DNA of 14,910 nucleotides from Candidatus Methylomirabilis sp. (GTDB lineage Bacteria; Methylomirabilota; Methylomirabilia; Methylomirabilales; Methylomirabilaceae): NCBI GenBank assembly GCA_041498975.1, contig JBGQJI010000055.1, positions 1 to 14,910 of the forward strand, read 5' to 3'. Shown piece by piece: positions 1 to 7,366 of this stretch (position 1 is its first letter; each line of letters starts with the position of its first letter). The notes under the pieces were generated by a model. It saw only the letters and a program-made list of their open reading frames with translations, ran no database searches and was not told where the DNA came from. The position numbers and the translations under genes were made by a program.

Positions 1-1257
1 AGGATCGACGGCTTTACGATCTCTCATATCCTAGTGCTGGAGGTTACTGATCCCATGGCGGTTCAGAAGCTGTCGGGATCGGTCAAGTCGCTGGGGGGAG
101 GGTTCGCGGTCACCGTCGCGGTGCCCGGGTCCGGGACGCAGACGCTCTGGGCCTTTACCGAGGCCCGGGTCGCCTCCCCGGCGACGCTCACGGCCAATCA
201 GCCGTCCACGTGGCATCAGGCGGGGCCGGGGGCGGACCTCGTCATCATCGCCCATGAGACCCTTCTCGAGAGCGTGGGGCCGCTCAAGGCCCTTCGAGAA
301 GGGCAGGGATACTCGGTTGCGGTGATCGACGTGGAAGACCTCTACAACGAGTTCAGCTATGGGCACAAGAACCCATGGGCGCTGAAGGACTTTTTGAGCC
401 GGGCCAGCACCCAGTGGCAGAGGCCGCCGCGCTTTGTGCTGCTGGTGGGCGATGCCAGCCTGGATCCACGCAACTACCTGGGGCATGGGGATTTCGACTT
501 CGTGCCCACCAAGCTGGTGGATACGGCCTCTCTCGAGACCGCGTCGGATGACTGGATTGCCGACTTTGTGGGCGACGGGATCCCGACGCTGGCGGTCGGG
601 CGATTGCCGGTCCGCACGGCGGAGGAGGCCGCTGCGGTCGTGGCAAAGCTTCTCAGCTACGAGCAGGCAGGTGGAGGCCATGGCGTCGTACTCGTGTCGG
701 GTATCAACAGTAACTTCGACTTCGATGGGGCCAGCGGTCAGCTTCGGGCGTTGATTCCGTCCGGGATCAGCGTCCAGGAGATCCACCGTGGCGGGCCCGA
801 TGGCGCCACCGCGAAGCAGGAACTGATCGACAGCATCAACCATGGGCCGCAGCTCGTCAACTACGCGGGCCACGGCTCCGTGGATCTGTGGGGCGCGGGC
901 CTGCTGACCGCCGCCGACGCCAGCGCCCTCAGCAATAGTCAGCCGTTGCCGGTCTTCGTGTCGATGACCTGTCTGAACGGGTACTTTGTGGATCCGGTGC
1001 TAGAGAGTCTGGCCGAGGCGCTCTTGAATGACCCCCAGGGCGGGGCCGTGGCGGTCTGGGCCTCGTCGGGGTTGACCGATCCGGAGTGGCAGTTCCTCAT
1101 GGACCAAGCGCTGTTCCAACGGCTGTTCACCACCAGTTCAAGCGGTCAGTCGCTCACGTTGGGGGAGGTGATGGTTCAGGCGAAGGCGGCGGTTCCCGAT
1201 CGTGATATTCGCCGAACGTGGATCCTGTTCGGCGATCCCAGCATGCGGCTCAAGTGA
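1..1257 (+). CDS. C25 family cysteine peptidase (gingipain/PorU-like catalytic domain), 5'-truncated by the window edge
   Basis: Frame is open from base 1 (RIDGFTISHIL...) to TGA 1255-1257. C25 motifs: LYNEFSYG, FVLLVGDASLDPRNY, ASDDW, LAVGRLP, VNYAGHGS (His codon 871-873), SMTCLNG (Cys codon 970-972), terminal WILFGDPSMRL. Confidence 0.9.
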   Translation, partial: RIDGFTISHILVLEVTDPMAVQKLSGSVKSLGGGFAVTVAVPGSGTQTLWAFTEARVASPATLTANQPSTWHQAGPGADLVIIAHETLLESVGPLKALREGQGYSVAVIDVEDLYNEFSYGHKNPWALKDFLSRASTQWQRPPRFVLLVGDASLDPRNYLGHGDFDFVPTKLVDTASLETASDDWIADFVGDGIPTLAVGRLPVRTAEEAAAVVAKLLSYEQAGGGHGVVLVSGINSNFDFDGASGQLRALIPSGISVQEIHRGGPDGATAKQELIDSINHGPQLVNYAGHGSVDLWGAGLLTAADASALSNSQPLPVFVSMTCLNGYFVDPVLESLAEALLNDPQGGAVAVWASSGLTDPEWQFLMDQALFQRLFTTSSSGQSLTLGEVMVQAKAAVPDRDIRRTWILFGDPSMRLK

Positions 1258-1329
1258 CGAGGCGCGTGACCGACTGTCTTTGAGGGATATGACGTGAATT
1301 TACCTCGGCTCAAGCGACCGTCAACGTGA

Positions 1330-2226
1330 ATGAAAAAGCTGGACCGCCTGGGCTGGGCGGCCGGTCTATCCTGCATCAGTTACGGAGCGCGGATAGGCAT
1401 CCGGGTTAACACTCCATCGGCCCTGGAACCGCTGGTCGAGCGCTTCCCGCCGGGCTGGAAGCTTGCCCCGTCGCCGGTCGTGGACCGCTTGTACTCTGTG
1501 ATCGTCGGTGGCTCGGTGGCGCCCCATCACGTGCGTCGCTTCAATGTGCTCTACGGGAATATTGAGACACTGGCTCGGTCGATGGAGCTCGACCAGGTCT
1601 TCGACAGCTTTGAATCGAACCTTCAGCTCTACGTGGCGGAGACGGCGAGGCGCAGGGTATTCGTCCATGCGGGCGTCGTCGGCTGGGGAGGGCAGGCCAT
1701 CGTCATCCCTGGACGTAGCTTCAGCGGCAAGACGACCCTGGTGGCTGAGCTCGTACGGGCTGGGGCAACCTACTACTCCGATGAATATGCGGTGTTGGAT
1801 GGCCGTGGGCGCGTGCATCCCTACCCGAAACCGATGTCGATACGGCAACCGGTGACCGGGAAGCAGAAGAAGCACCCGCCTGAAGCACTAGGCGGTCTCT
1901 CAGGAGCCAAGCCTTTGCCGGTGGGGATGGTCGTCGTAAGCGAGTACAGGCCAGGGGCGCGGTGGCGCCCCCGTCTGCTCTCGGCGGGGCAGGGGGCGCT
2001 GGCGCTCCTATCCAATGCGGTATCGGCCCGGCGACAGCCGCACGTCGCGCTTGCCACACTGAAGCGGGTGGTGTCTCAGGCGCCGGTTCTCAAGGGTGTG
2101 CGAGGCGAGGCCAAGGAAGTGGTCGATTCGTTACTCAAGGGCTTCAGGGGCGGAGCGGGCGTCAGTTCCGATACATCGCGAAGGAGTTCTGGGAAGGCCG
2201 TTACCAGTGTCCGGGAGGTAAGATGA
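1330..2226 (+). CDS. HPr kinase-related P-loop Ser/Thr kinase
   Basis: VHAGVV followed by Walker A GRSFSGKTT (from 1711) and YYSDEYAVL, the HprK-like catalytic pattern. TGA stop overlaps the next ATG (ATGA 2223-2226). Confidence 0.85.
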   Translation: MKKLDRLGWAAGLSCISYGARIGIRVNTPSALEPLVERFPPGWKLAPSPVVDRLYSVIVGGSVAPHHVRRFNVLYGNIETLARSMELDQVFDSFESNLQLYVAETARRRVFVHAGVVGWGGQAIVIPGRSFSGKTTLVAELVRAGATYYSDEYAVLDGRGRVHPYPKPMSIRQPVTGKQKKHPPEALGGLSGAKPLPVGMVVVSEYRPGARWRPRLLSAGQGALALLSNAVSARRQPHVALATLKRVVSQAPVLKGVRGEAKEVVDSLLKGFRGGAGVSSDTSRRSSGKAVTSVREVR

Positions 2227-2708
2227 AAGAAAGGGTAGATCGATTAGTGCCTCATGCGCGGAAAGATGGGCTGGTGGTTCAAGAGCTGGCAGAGGAACTG
2301 CTGGTCTATGACCTGGAACGGCACAAGGCCCACTGCCTGAATCGCACCGCCGCCTGGATTTGGAAGCACTGTGACGGCCGGACGACTGTGGCAGAAATCG
2401 CCCGGCTTCTGCAAGCAGAGTTGAAAGGACCCGTAGATGAGGAAATGATCTGGTTTGCGGTGGATCAACTGGGGAGAGACCACCTGTTGAGAGAGCGCAT
2501 TCCGCGCGCCACGGACACGGTAGGGATGTCGCGGCGGGAGTTGGTGAAACAACTCGGCGTGGCGGCGATCGTCGCGTTGCCGTTGGTCACCTCAATTATA
2601 GCACCGACAGCGAGCCAGGCGGTATCTTGTACTCCCTCCGGTCAACCATGCGGCACTCCCGCCCAGTGCTGTACGCCCCTCTGCAGTGCTGGCACCTGCG
2701 GCACATAG
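2223..2708 (+). CDS. PqqD/RRE-domain protein fused to a Tat-like signal segment and a Cys-rich C-terminal peptide (putative RiPP precursor, 161 aa)
   Basis: True start is likely ATG 2223 (GGAGG upstream, coupled to the kinase stop) rather than 1962. Residues ~10-90 are PqqD-like (ELLVYDLERHKAHCLNRTAAWIWKHCDGRTTVAEIA). Then MSRRELVKQLGVAAIVALPLVTSIIAPTASQA and VSCTPSGQPCGTPAQCCTPLCSAGTCGT. Confidence 0.85.
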   Translation: MKERVDRLVPHARKDGLVVQELAEELLVYDLERHKAHCLNRTAAWIWKHCDGRTTVAEIARLLQAELKGPVDEEMIWFAVDQLGRDHLLRERIPRATDTVGMSRRELVKQLGVAAIVALPLVTSIIAPTASQAVSCTPSGQPCGTPAQCCTPLCSAGTCGT

Positions 2709-2759
2709 GTGCTGTCCTCTCAACCCTAGTCTTTCCTTCTCCCTGCCTCCTAGCTCACG

Positions 2760-3860
2760 ATGGCACAAACCTCGACGACCATAGCTGAGGCGTCCACGAG
2801 GAACTCACGCGGCCGTCTGGTAGCACTGGCTCTTGCTGGAGCCTGGCGTCGCTCACCCACGGCACCGGAGATCTCCGCCGAGGAGTTGGTCGAGGTGACT
2901 CCGCTGCTTCTCGGATCGGGGGCGGGGGCGTTGGGGTGGTGGCGGGTTCGCCACTCCGATCTGCGATCATCTTCAGCGGCCTTGGAGCTTCAGCAAGCGT
3001 ACCGCCTCTGTACCCTGCATGCTGCCATCCACGAACGAGAAATCGAACAGGTTTTCGTGCTTCTCCGCTCGGCGGGCGTGGAGCCGATACTCGTGAAGGG
3101 CTGGGCAATCGCTCGGGTTTACCCTGAGGCGGGGCTTCGTCCTTACGGAGATATCGACCTGTGCGTCCGGCCGGAACAGTACCTGACTGCACGGGGAGTG
3201 CTGGAGAGTCCGCGGGGCAGGGGGTATTGGGTGGATTTGCACGAGGGCTTGGTCAAGCTGGATGACCGAGACCTGGATGACGTATATGCCCGCTCGCAAC
3301 TCGTGAAGCTCGGGGAGGTGGACGTCCGGGTGCTGGGACCGGAGGACCACCTGCGCGTCCTGTGCGTGCATCTGTTGCGCCATGGCGCTTGGCGTCCCCT
3401 GTGGCTGTGTGATATCGCGGCGGCGGTGGAGTTCCGGCCGGCGGATTTTGACTGGGATCGTTGCCTGAGTAGCAACTCGCGGCGGGCGGATTGGGTCGCT
3501 TGCAGTATCGGCCTGGCGCATCAACTCCTCGGGGCGCAGGTGGACGACACGCCCGTCGCATGGAGGGCGAAACACCTACCAACCTGGCTCATCCCGAATG
3601 TCCTGGAGCAGTGGGAGACGCCATACCCCATGTGCCAGGCGCCGATGAGATACCCCGAGCCGATGGCAACCTACGTGCGCCATCCCAATGGTGCATTCCA
3701 GGCGCTTCGCAAGCGCTGGCCGAATGCCATCGAAGCGACCGTTAGCGTGGAGGGGCCGTTGAATGAACTGCCAAGGCTTCCGTTTCAGCTCGCTCATTGC
3801 CTCTCGCGCGCCGCGAGGTTCTTGACGCATCTGCCGACATTGCTCCGGGAGCAAAAATGA
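2760..3860 (+). CDS. Nucleotidyltransferase family protein (NTP_transf_5-like)
   Basis: PILVKGWAIARVYPEAGLRPYGDIDLCV (KG...R...GDxD), VDLH, and EDHLRVLCVHLLRH...WLCDI motifs typical of this family. Confidence 0.85.
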   Translation: MAQTSTTIAEASTRNSRGRLVALALAGAWRRSPTAPEISAEELVEVTPLLLGSGAGALGWWRVRHSDLRSSSAALELQQAYRLCTLHAAIHEREIEQVFVLLRSAGVEPILVKGWAIARVYPEAGLRPYGDIDLCVRPEQYLTARGVLESPRGRGYWVDLHEGLVKLDDRDLDDVYARSQLVKLGEVDVRVLGPEDHLRVLCVHLLRHGAWRPLWLCDIAAAVEFRPADFDWDRCLSSNSRRADWVACSIGLAHQLLGAQVDDTPVAWRAKHLPTWLIPNVLEQWETPYPMCQAPMRYPEPMATYVRHPNGAFQALRKRWPNAIEATVSVEGPLNELPRLPFQLAHCLSRAARFLTHLPTLLREQK

Positions 3861-3943
3861 AGGGATACCTGACCGGCCTCTTGCGCATACTATTACAAGC
3901 GCATTAAGTAGGGTGTGATTGCTTCGAAAGTCCCCTCGCCCGT

Positions 3944-4027
3944 GTCATTGCGAGGAGCAACGCGACGAAGCAATCTCGTACTGAAACTACGGTGAGATTG
4001 CCACGCTCCCGCTGGTCGCACGCAATG
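3944..4027. repeat. Palindromic REP-like element (GTCATTGCGAG...GCAATCTC...GAGATTGC...CGCAATG)
   Basis: Nested inverted repeats: CATTGCG 3946-3952 with CGCAATG 4021-4027, and GCAATCTC 3970-3977 with GAGATTGC 3994-4001. Confidence 0.7.
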
Positions 4028-4119
4028 GAAACCGGGGCAACGTTTAGGCGGTCACTTTAGTGCAGTAGTCTGCTAGTTGACGTCGTTCTTCCCACCGGGG
4101 AAAGCGAACAGCACAGACG

Positions 4120-4154
4120 AAATACCCCGCGCGACGGGCGCGGGGTATTTTTTT
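4120..4154 (+). terminator. Intrinsic terminator between convergent genes, possibly bidirectional
   Basis: Perfect 13-bp stem AAATACCCCGCGC (4120-4132) with GCGCGGGGTATTT (4138-4150), 5-nt loop, T7 run 4148-4154. Confidence 0.85.
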
Positions 4155-4211
4155 GTGGACGGCCGGGGAACTCACAAGTCGAGAGGAGGGATTCAAAGAA
4201 AAACAGGTAGG

Positions 4212-5480
4212 TCAGTAGTTGATGGCGATGAACTTCGGCTTCTCCCCTTCCCGCTGGACCTTCCACTCGATCCGCCCAGAGACGGTGACGTTTTTCTGGG
4301 ACTGATTCGCGTTCCTTGCCGAGATGAGATACTGGGCGGTCACGGTGGCAAGATCTCCTTTGATCTGGACATCGACGTTCTTGAGCCGGTAGATGATCTG
4401 TTCTCGGCCGGTGAATCCCTTGGCGTAGAGGGTGCGGATCGCCTGGTAGTCGAGAGTCCCCTTTTCACGGACCTTTGGAGAGAAGGTGGCCATCACACGC
4501 TCCACGTCCCCCTTTTCGTAGGCGTCCACATACTCGTCGAGCAGGGCGTCGATCTCTTGCCGGTCAAGGCCTTTCGGTTCCGGCAAGAGGGGAGGGAGGG
4601 CCTGAGCCAGCGTAGCCCGCTCCCCGGAGACGTCAGAAACCTTCTGGACATCGCGTTGCATGCGCCGCGCCGGCATGACCCGTGAGTGCAACTGCCTGAC
4701 GCGTTCTTTCTCCGGCTCGGCTTGCGAGGGGCCTGGGGATCGCTGGTCATCGACGGTGGGGCCGAGCACCGATGATCTCTCGTCCACGGATCCGGGAGTC
4801 TTCGCGGCCGAAAGAGGTGTAGCCTCAGGCCGGAGGGCCGGGCGGGCCAGGAAGAGAAGCAGAAGGATCAGCCCTGCCGCGACGATAGCTCCCCCGGTGA
4901 GGAGAGTCGGCAGCCTGCGTCGCATCCGGGCATCGAAGACCACAGGGATTCGGGGTAGCCTGGCGCCGGGCCGAAGAGCGTTCGGTCCATGCCGTGGCCG
5001 TCGCAATCCCTCGCGTCGCCGCCGCTCATCATAGGCTTGCCGTCGCGCGGGGTCTTTCAGTATGTGATAGGCTTCGTTCAGACGCGCCGCCTGCCGGGTG
5101 AACCAGTCGCCATTCGAGGGGTGACGGTCCGGATGGTAGAGGCTGAGGCGGGCGACCCATGCGTTCCTGATCTCCTGGGGGGGTGCTGTAAGGGGGACTC
5201 CGAGGATGCTGTAGGGGTCATCGTCGCCTGGCATGTCAAGGCAGGCAAGCAGGAAACCGGCTCGTGAGGCGATCTCTTGCGGGGAGATCCCCCGGCGCTC
5301 AGCCACCTGTGCGATCTGCGGGAGAAACTCCGACCGCTCCCCCTTGCTGATCTCCGCCAGGAGGGCGACCACCTCATTCCTCTCGTGGCAGATCGCAGAG
5401 GTGTCGGGAACAGGGTCACCGTGAGCGAGCGCCTCGATCAGGCGCAGGCAACCGGCTTCCTGCGAGCTGTCATCGGCCAT
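4212..5480 (-). CDS. J-domain (DnaJ-like) membrane protein with C-terminal NTF2/SnoaL-like domain
   Basis: DPYSILGV...EIRNAW...LYHPDRH...RLNEAYHILKDPARRQAYD, with intact HPD at 5127-5135. One TM (LLTGGAIVAAGLILLLLFLA). C-terminal IDALLDEYVDAYEKGDVERVMATFS... NTF2-like fold pattern. Start is ATG 5480 or TTG 5492. Confidence 0.85.
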   Translation of the reverse strand: MADDSSQEAGCLRLIEALAHGDPVPDTSAICHERNEVVALLAEISKGERSEFLPQIAQVAERRGISPQEIASRAGFLLACLDMPGDDDPYSILGVPLTAPPQEIRNAWVARLSLYHPDRHPSNGDWFTRQAARLNEAYHILKDPARRQAYDERRRREGLRRPRHGPNALRPGARLPRIPVVFDARMRRRLPTLLTGGAIVAAGLILLLLFLARPALRPEATPLSAAKTPGSVDERSSVLGPTVDDQRSPGPSQAEPEKERVRQLHSRVMPARRMQRDVQKVSDVSGERATLAQALPPLLPEPKGLDRQEIDALLDEYVDAYEKGDVERVMATFSPKVREKGTLDYQAIRTLYAKGFTGREQIIYRLKNVDVQIKGDLATVTAQYLISARNANQSQKNVTVSGRIEWKVQREGEKPKFIAINY

Positions 5481-5560
5481 CTGACCGCTCAAGAAGAGAA
5501 TTCATGCGCCGTTGGTCCCCGTTCACTTTTTCCTCTCCCCTGGCCTGAATTCCTTATGAA

Positions 5561-5652
5561 CATCTCACCGTACCCTCTCCCTCTCCCCCCTTCGGGAGGC
5601 GAGGGGATGTAGGCTGGACCCTTTCCCTTGAGGGAGGGTGCGGGTGAGGGTG
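5561..5652. repeat. Palindromic CCCTCTCCC/GGGAGGG-type intergenic element
   Basis: CATCTCACCGTACCCTCTCCCT is an imperfect reverse complement of AGGGAGGGTGCGGGTGAGGGTG, with internal C-rich/G-rich hairpins between them. Confidence 0.6.
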
Positions 5653-5818
5653 TCAAGCCCGCTCGTGAATAGTCCGGGCTAGGTGGGGCAGAGGCGTGGT
5701 GATGGTGAGAGCTGGGAAGCAGACAACTACACGCCTTTTCAAGATGCATGGCCCGGCAGAGCGCCCATAAGAACTCAGTGCAGCATTTCATAACTACGCT
5801 TACGAATCCGTTCGCCCT

Positions 5819-5958
5819 GATCCTTCGAGACGGCGCGAAAACAGCGCGCCTCCTCAGGATGACCGGCGAGGGTCGTCGGCCGCTCACCTTGAGGAAAGAA
5901 GGTGCCGTCTCCTGTCCCGTTCATCCTGAGAAGGCCCGGAGGGCCGTCTCGAAGGATC
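5819..5958. repeat. Inverted pair of REP-like units (ATCCTTCGAGACG...CCTCAGGATGA)
   Basis: GATCCTTCGAGACGGC 5819-5834 is the perfect reverse complement of 5943-5958. GCCTCCTCAGGATGA 5848-5862 pairs with 5921-5935 at one mismatch. A degenerate third unit lies at ~5883-5911. Confidence 0.75.
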
Positions 5959-5971
5959 GAAGGGCCTGTCA

Positions 5972-6009
5972 CTTCGACAGGCTCAGTGCGCAGCCTGAGC
6001 GCGTCGAAG
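5972..6009. repeat. REP-like hairpin CTTCGACAGGCTCAG...CTGAGCGCGTCGAAG
   Basis: 15-nt arms matching 13/15 as inverted repeats, 60 bp after the stop of the TPR-CBM gene. Confidence 0.65.
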
Positions 6010-6069
6010 GGGGGGAGCGGTATTCGGTTCTCCCGGAGAATACGTCGCCATACTTATGGACCAGAGCAC

Positions 6070-7356
6070 TTAGTGTACCTCCGTCAGAGAGACGTTGTCG
6101 ATCCACGCCATCACGGCGTTGGGCCTGGTGGAGGAGGGAGAAGCCAGCTCGGTGTGAACCCTGAGCGTGACAGCGTCGCTTTCCGCCGAGGTCCGAAAGG
6201 TGGCGCCGACCTTGGTCCAGTCCCGGGTTCCCGCGACGACCTCAGTCTTCGCAAGGAGGCCCTTGTGCGGTTCGATCACCTCGATGGTGAGCCCATGCGA
6301 TGCATCGAGCCCGCTGGTCTTGATGTGCGCCTCGAGCGTGTACGTGGAATCGGCGTGAACTGGAACGACCTGTGAGACGTTCGAGAAGTCGGCCTGATCC
6401 TTCTCGAAGGAGATTCTGAGGGATTGGCGTCCCGAGTATGCGACCGACGTATCGACGTCACAAAGGACGCCGGGCGCAGACCCGATCTTCCAATCAAACC
6501 CCCTCCCAAGGGTGTCTCGACGTTCAAAACTCGGGTTCGAGATCGGATTCGATTCGCCGCTTGCTGCCCCAGGGTCCATCGCTTTCATGAGCTTGGTCCA
6601 GACCTCGCGGGCGGGTCCGAATTGCCTCTCGGCGATCAACAGGTCAACCACCCGGAGCTGTAGACTTGGGTCGAGACCCCGGCGGATCCCGGGGGGCATT
6701 TCCTTAAGTCGGCGCCATACCGAAAGCGCCTCCTCCCCAAGGTTCCTGTCAAGCAGATAGTTCATGTAGCGCGTATATGGTATGACCTCTGGCGGGACGA
6801 TGTTCTGGAGCACCTCTTCCGGGGATGCGAGTCGGCGCGCCAGGTTGAACGCCTTCGTGCTGCTGTTGTCATCCTCCGAGACCGCGAGGAACCGGCTCAA
6901 GGTCTGGAGGACCTCCTGTCGGTCCCCTTGTTCCAGATAGGCGAGGGTTGCTTCCCACAGGATGCTTGCATCGCTGGGGGCAAGTTCGAGGGCGAGACGC
7001 AGGGCCCGATGGGCCTGCTGGGGTCTGTCCAGCCTCTGGTACAGCTTTCCCAGGTGGAGCCAAGAGGCGCTATCGAGGGGATTCGATCGAAGCGCAGATT
7101 GGTAGTAGGTCAATGCGGCGGGATAGTCCCGGAGCAGCAGGCTATACTGAAATACGGATCCGAGGATGGCCGGGAAGCGGTTGTTGCCGGGGTCGATGGA
7201 AATCGCGCGCGGGACGCCACGGTCGAGCGTGGTTCTGCCACCCTTCGGTTCCGCTGCCCATGGCCGAAGGGCCGCCGCGCCGGCGAGTAGAAAGGCACAG
7301 CACATCGCGCCGGCGACCACGAGGCGTGTTGGTCGGGCGCCCAGGCGAGAGACCAT
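6070..7356 (-). CDS. TPR-repeat protein with C-terminal carbohydrate-binding (CBM4/9-like) domain, exported or membrane-anchored
   Basis: N-terminal hydrophobic segment, TPR motifs (ALTYYQSALRSNPLDSASWLHLGKLY), C-terminal ISNPSFE...W...YSGRQSLRI...YTLEAHIKT...W...WIDNVSL beta-sandwich pattern. ATG 7356 is preferred over 7434 because TAAGGT (the wzc stop) forms an SD and removes a 68-nt overlap. Confidence 0.75.
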   Translation of the reverse strand: MVSRLGARPTRLVVAGAMCCAFLLAGAAALRPWAAEPKGGRTTLDRGVPRAISIDPGNNRFPAILGSVFQYSLLLRDYPAALTYYQSALRSNPLDSASWLHLGKLYQRLDRPQQAHRALRLALELAPSDASILWEATLAYLEQGDRQEVLQTLSRFLAVSEDDNSSTKAFNLARRLASPEEVLQNIVPPEVIPYTRYMNYLLDRNLGEEALSVWRRLKEMPPGIRRGLDPSLQLRVVDLLIAERQFGPAREVWTKLMKAMDPGAASGESNPISNPSFERRDTLGRGFDWKIGSAPGVLCDVDTSVAYSGRQSLRISFEKDQADFSNVSQVVPVHADSTYTLEAHIKTSGLDASHGLTIEVIEPHKGLLAKTEVVAGTRDWTKVGATFRTSAESDAVTLRVHTELASPSSTRPNAVMAWIDNVSLTEVH

Positions 7357-7366
7357 CTCGCGTACC

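Noticed and set aside
31..873. 280-aa minus ORF and similar long antisense ORFs (4077-4685, 2973-3575, 13105-13932)
   Set aside because: Shadow frames opposite well-supported genes, expected in GC-rich DNA.
1962..2222. N-terminal 87 aa of the 248-aa ORF
   Set aside because: Overlaps the kinase in another frame. ATG 2223 has an SD and coincides with the start of the PqqD-like domain.
1330..3860. Classical lasso peptide or PQQ cluster
   Set aside because: No asparagine-synthetase-like cyclase, B protease or PqqE in the window, and the core has no Asp/Glu for a macrolactam.
5819..6009. CRISPR array or IS element
   Set aside because: Repeats are inverted and irregular, with no spacer periodicity and no cas or transposase gene.
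5489..6164. ORFs of 65-138 aa in the intergenic gap
   Set aside because: They read through palindromic repeats and show no protein motifs.
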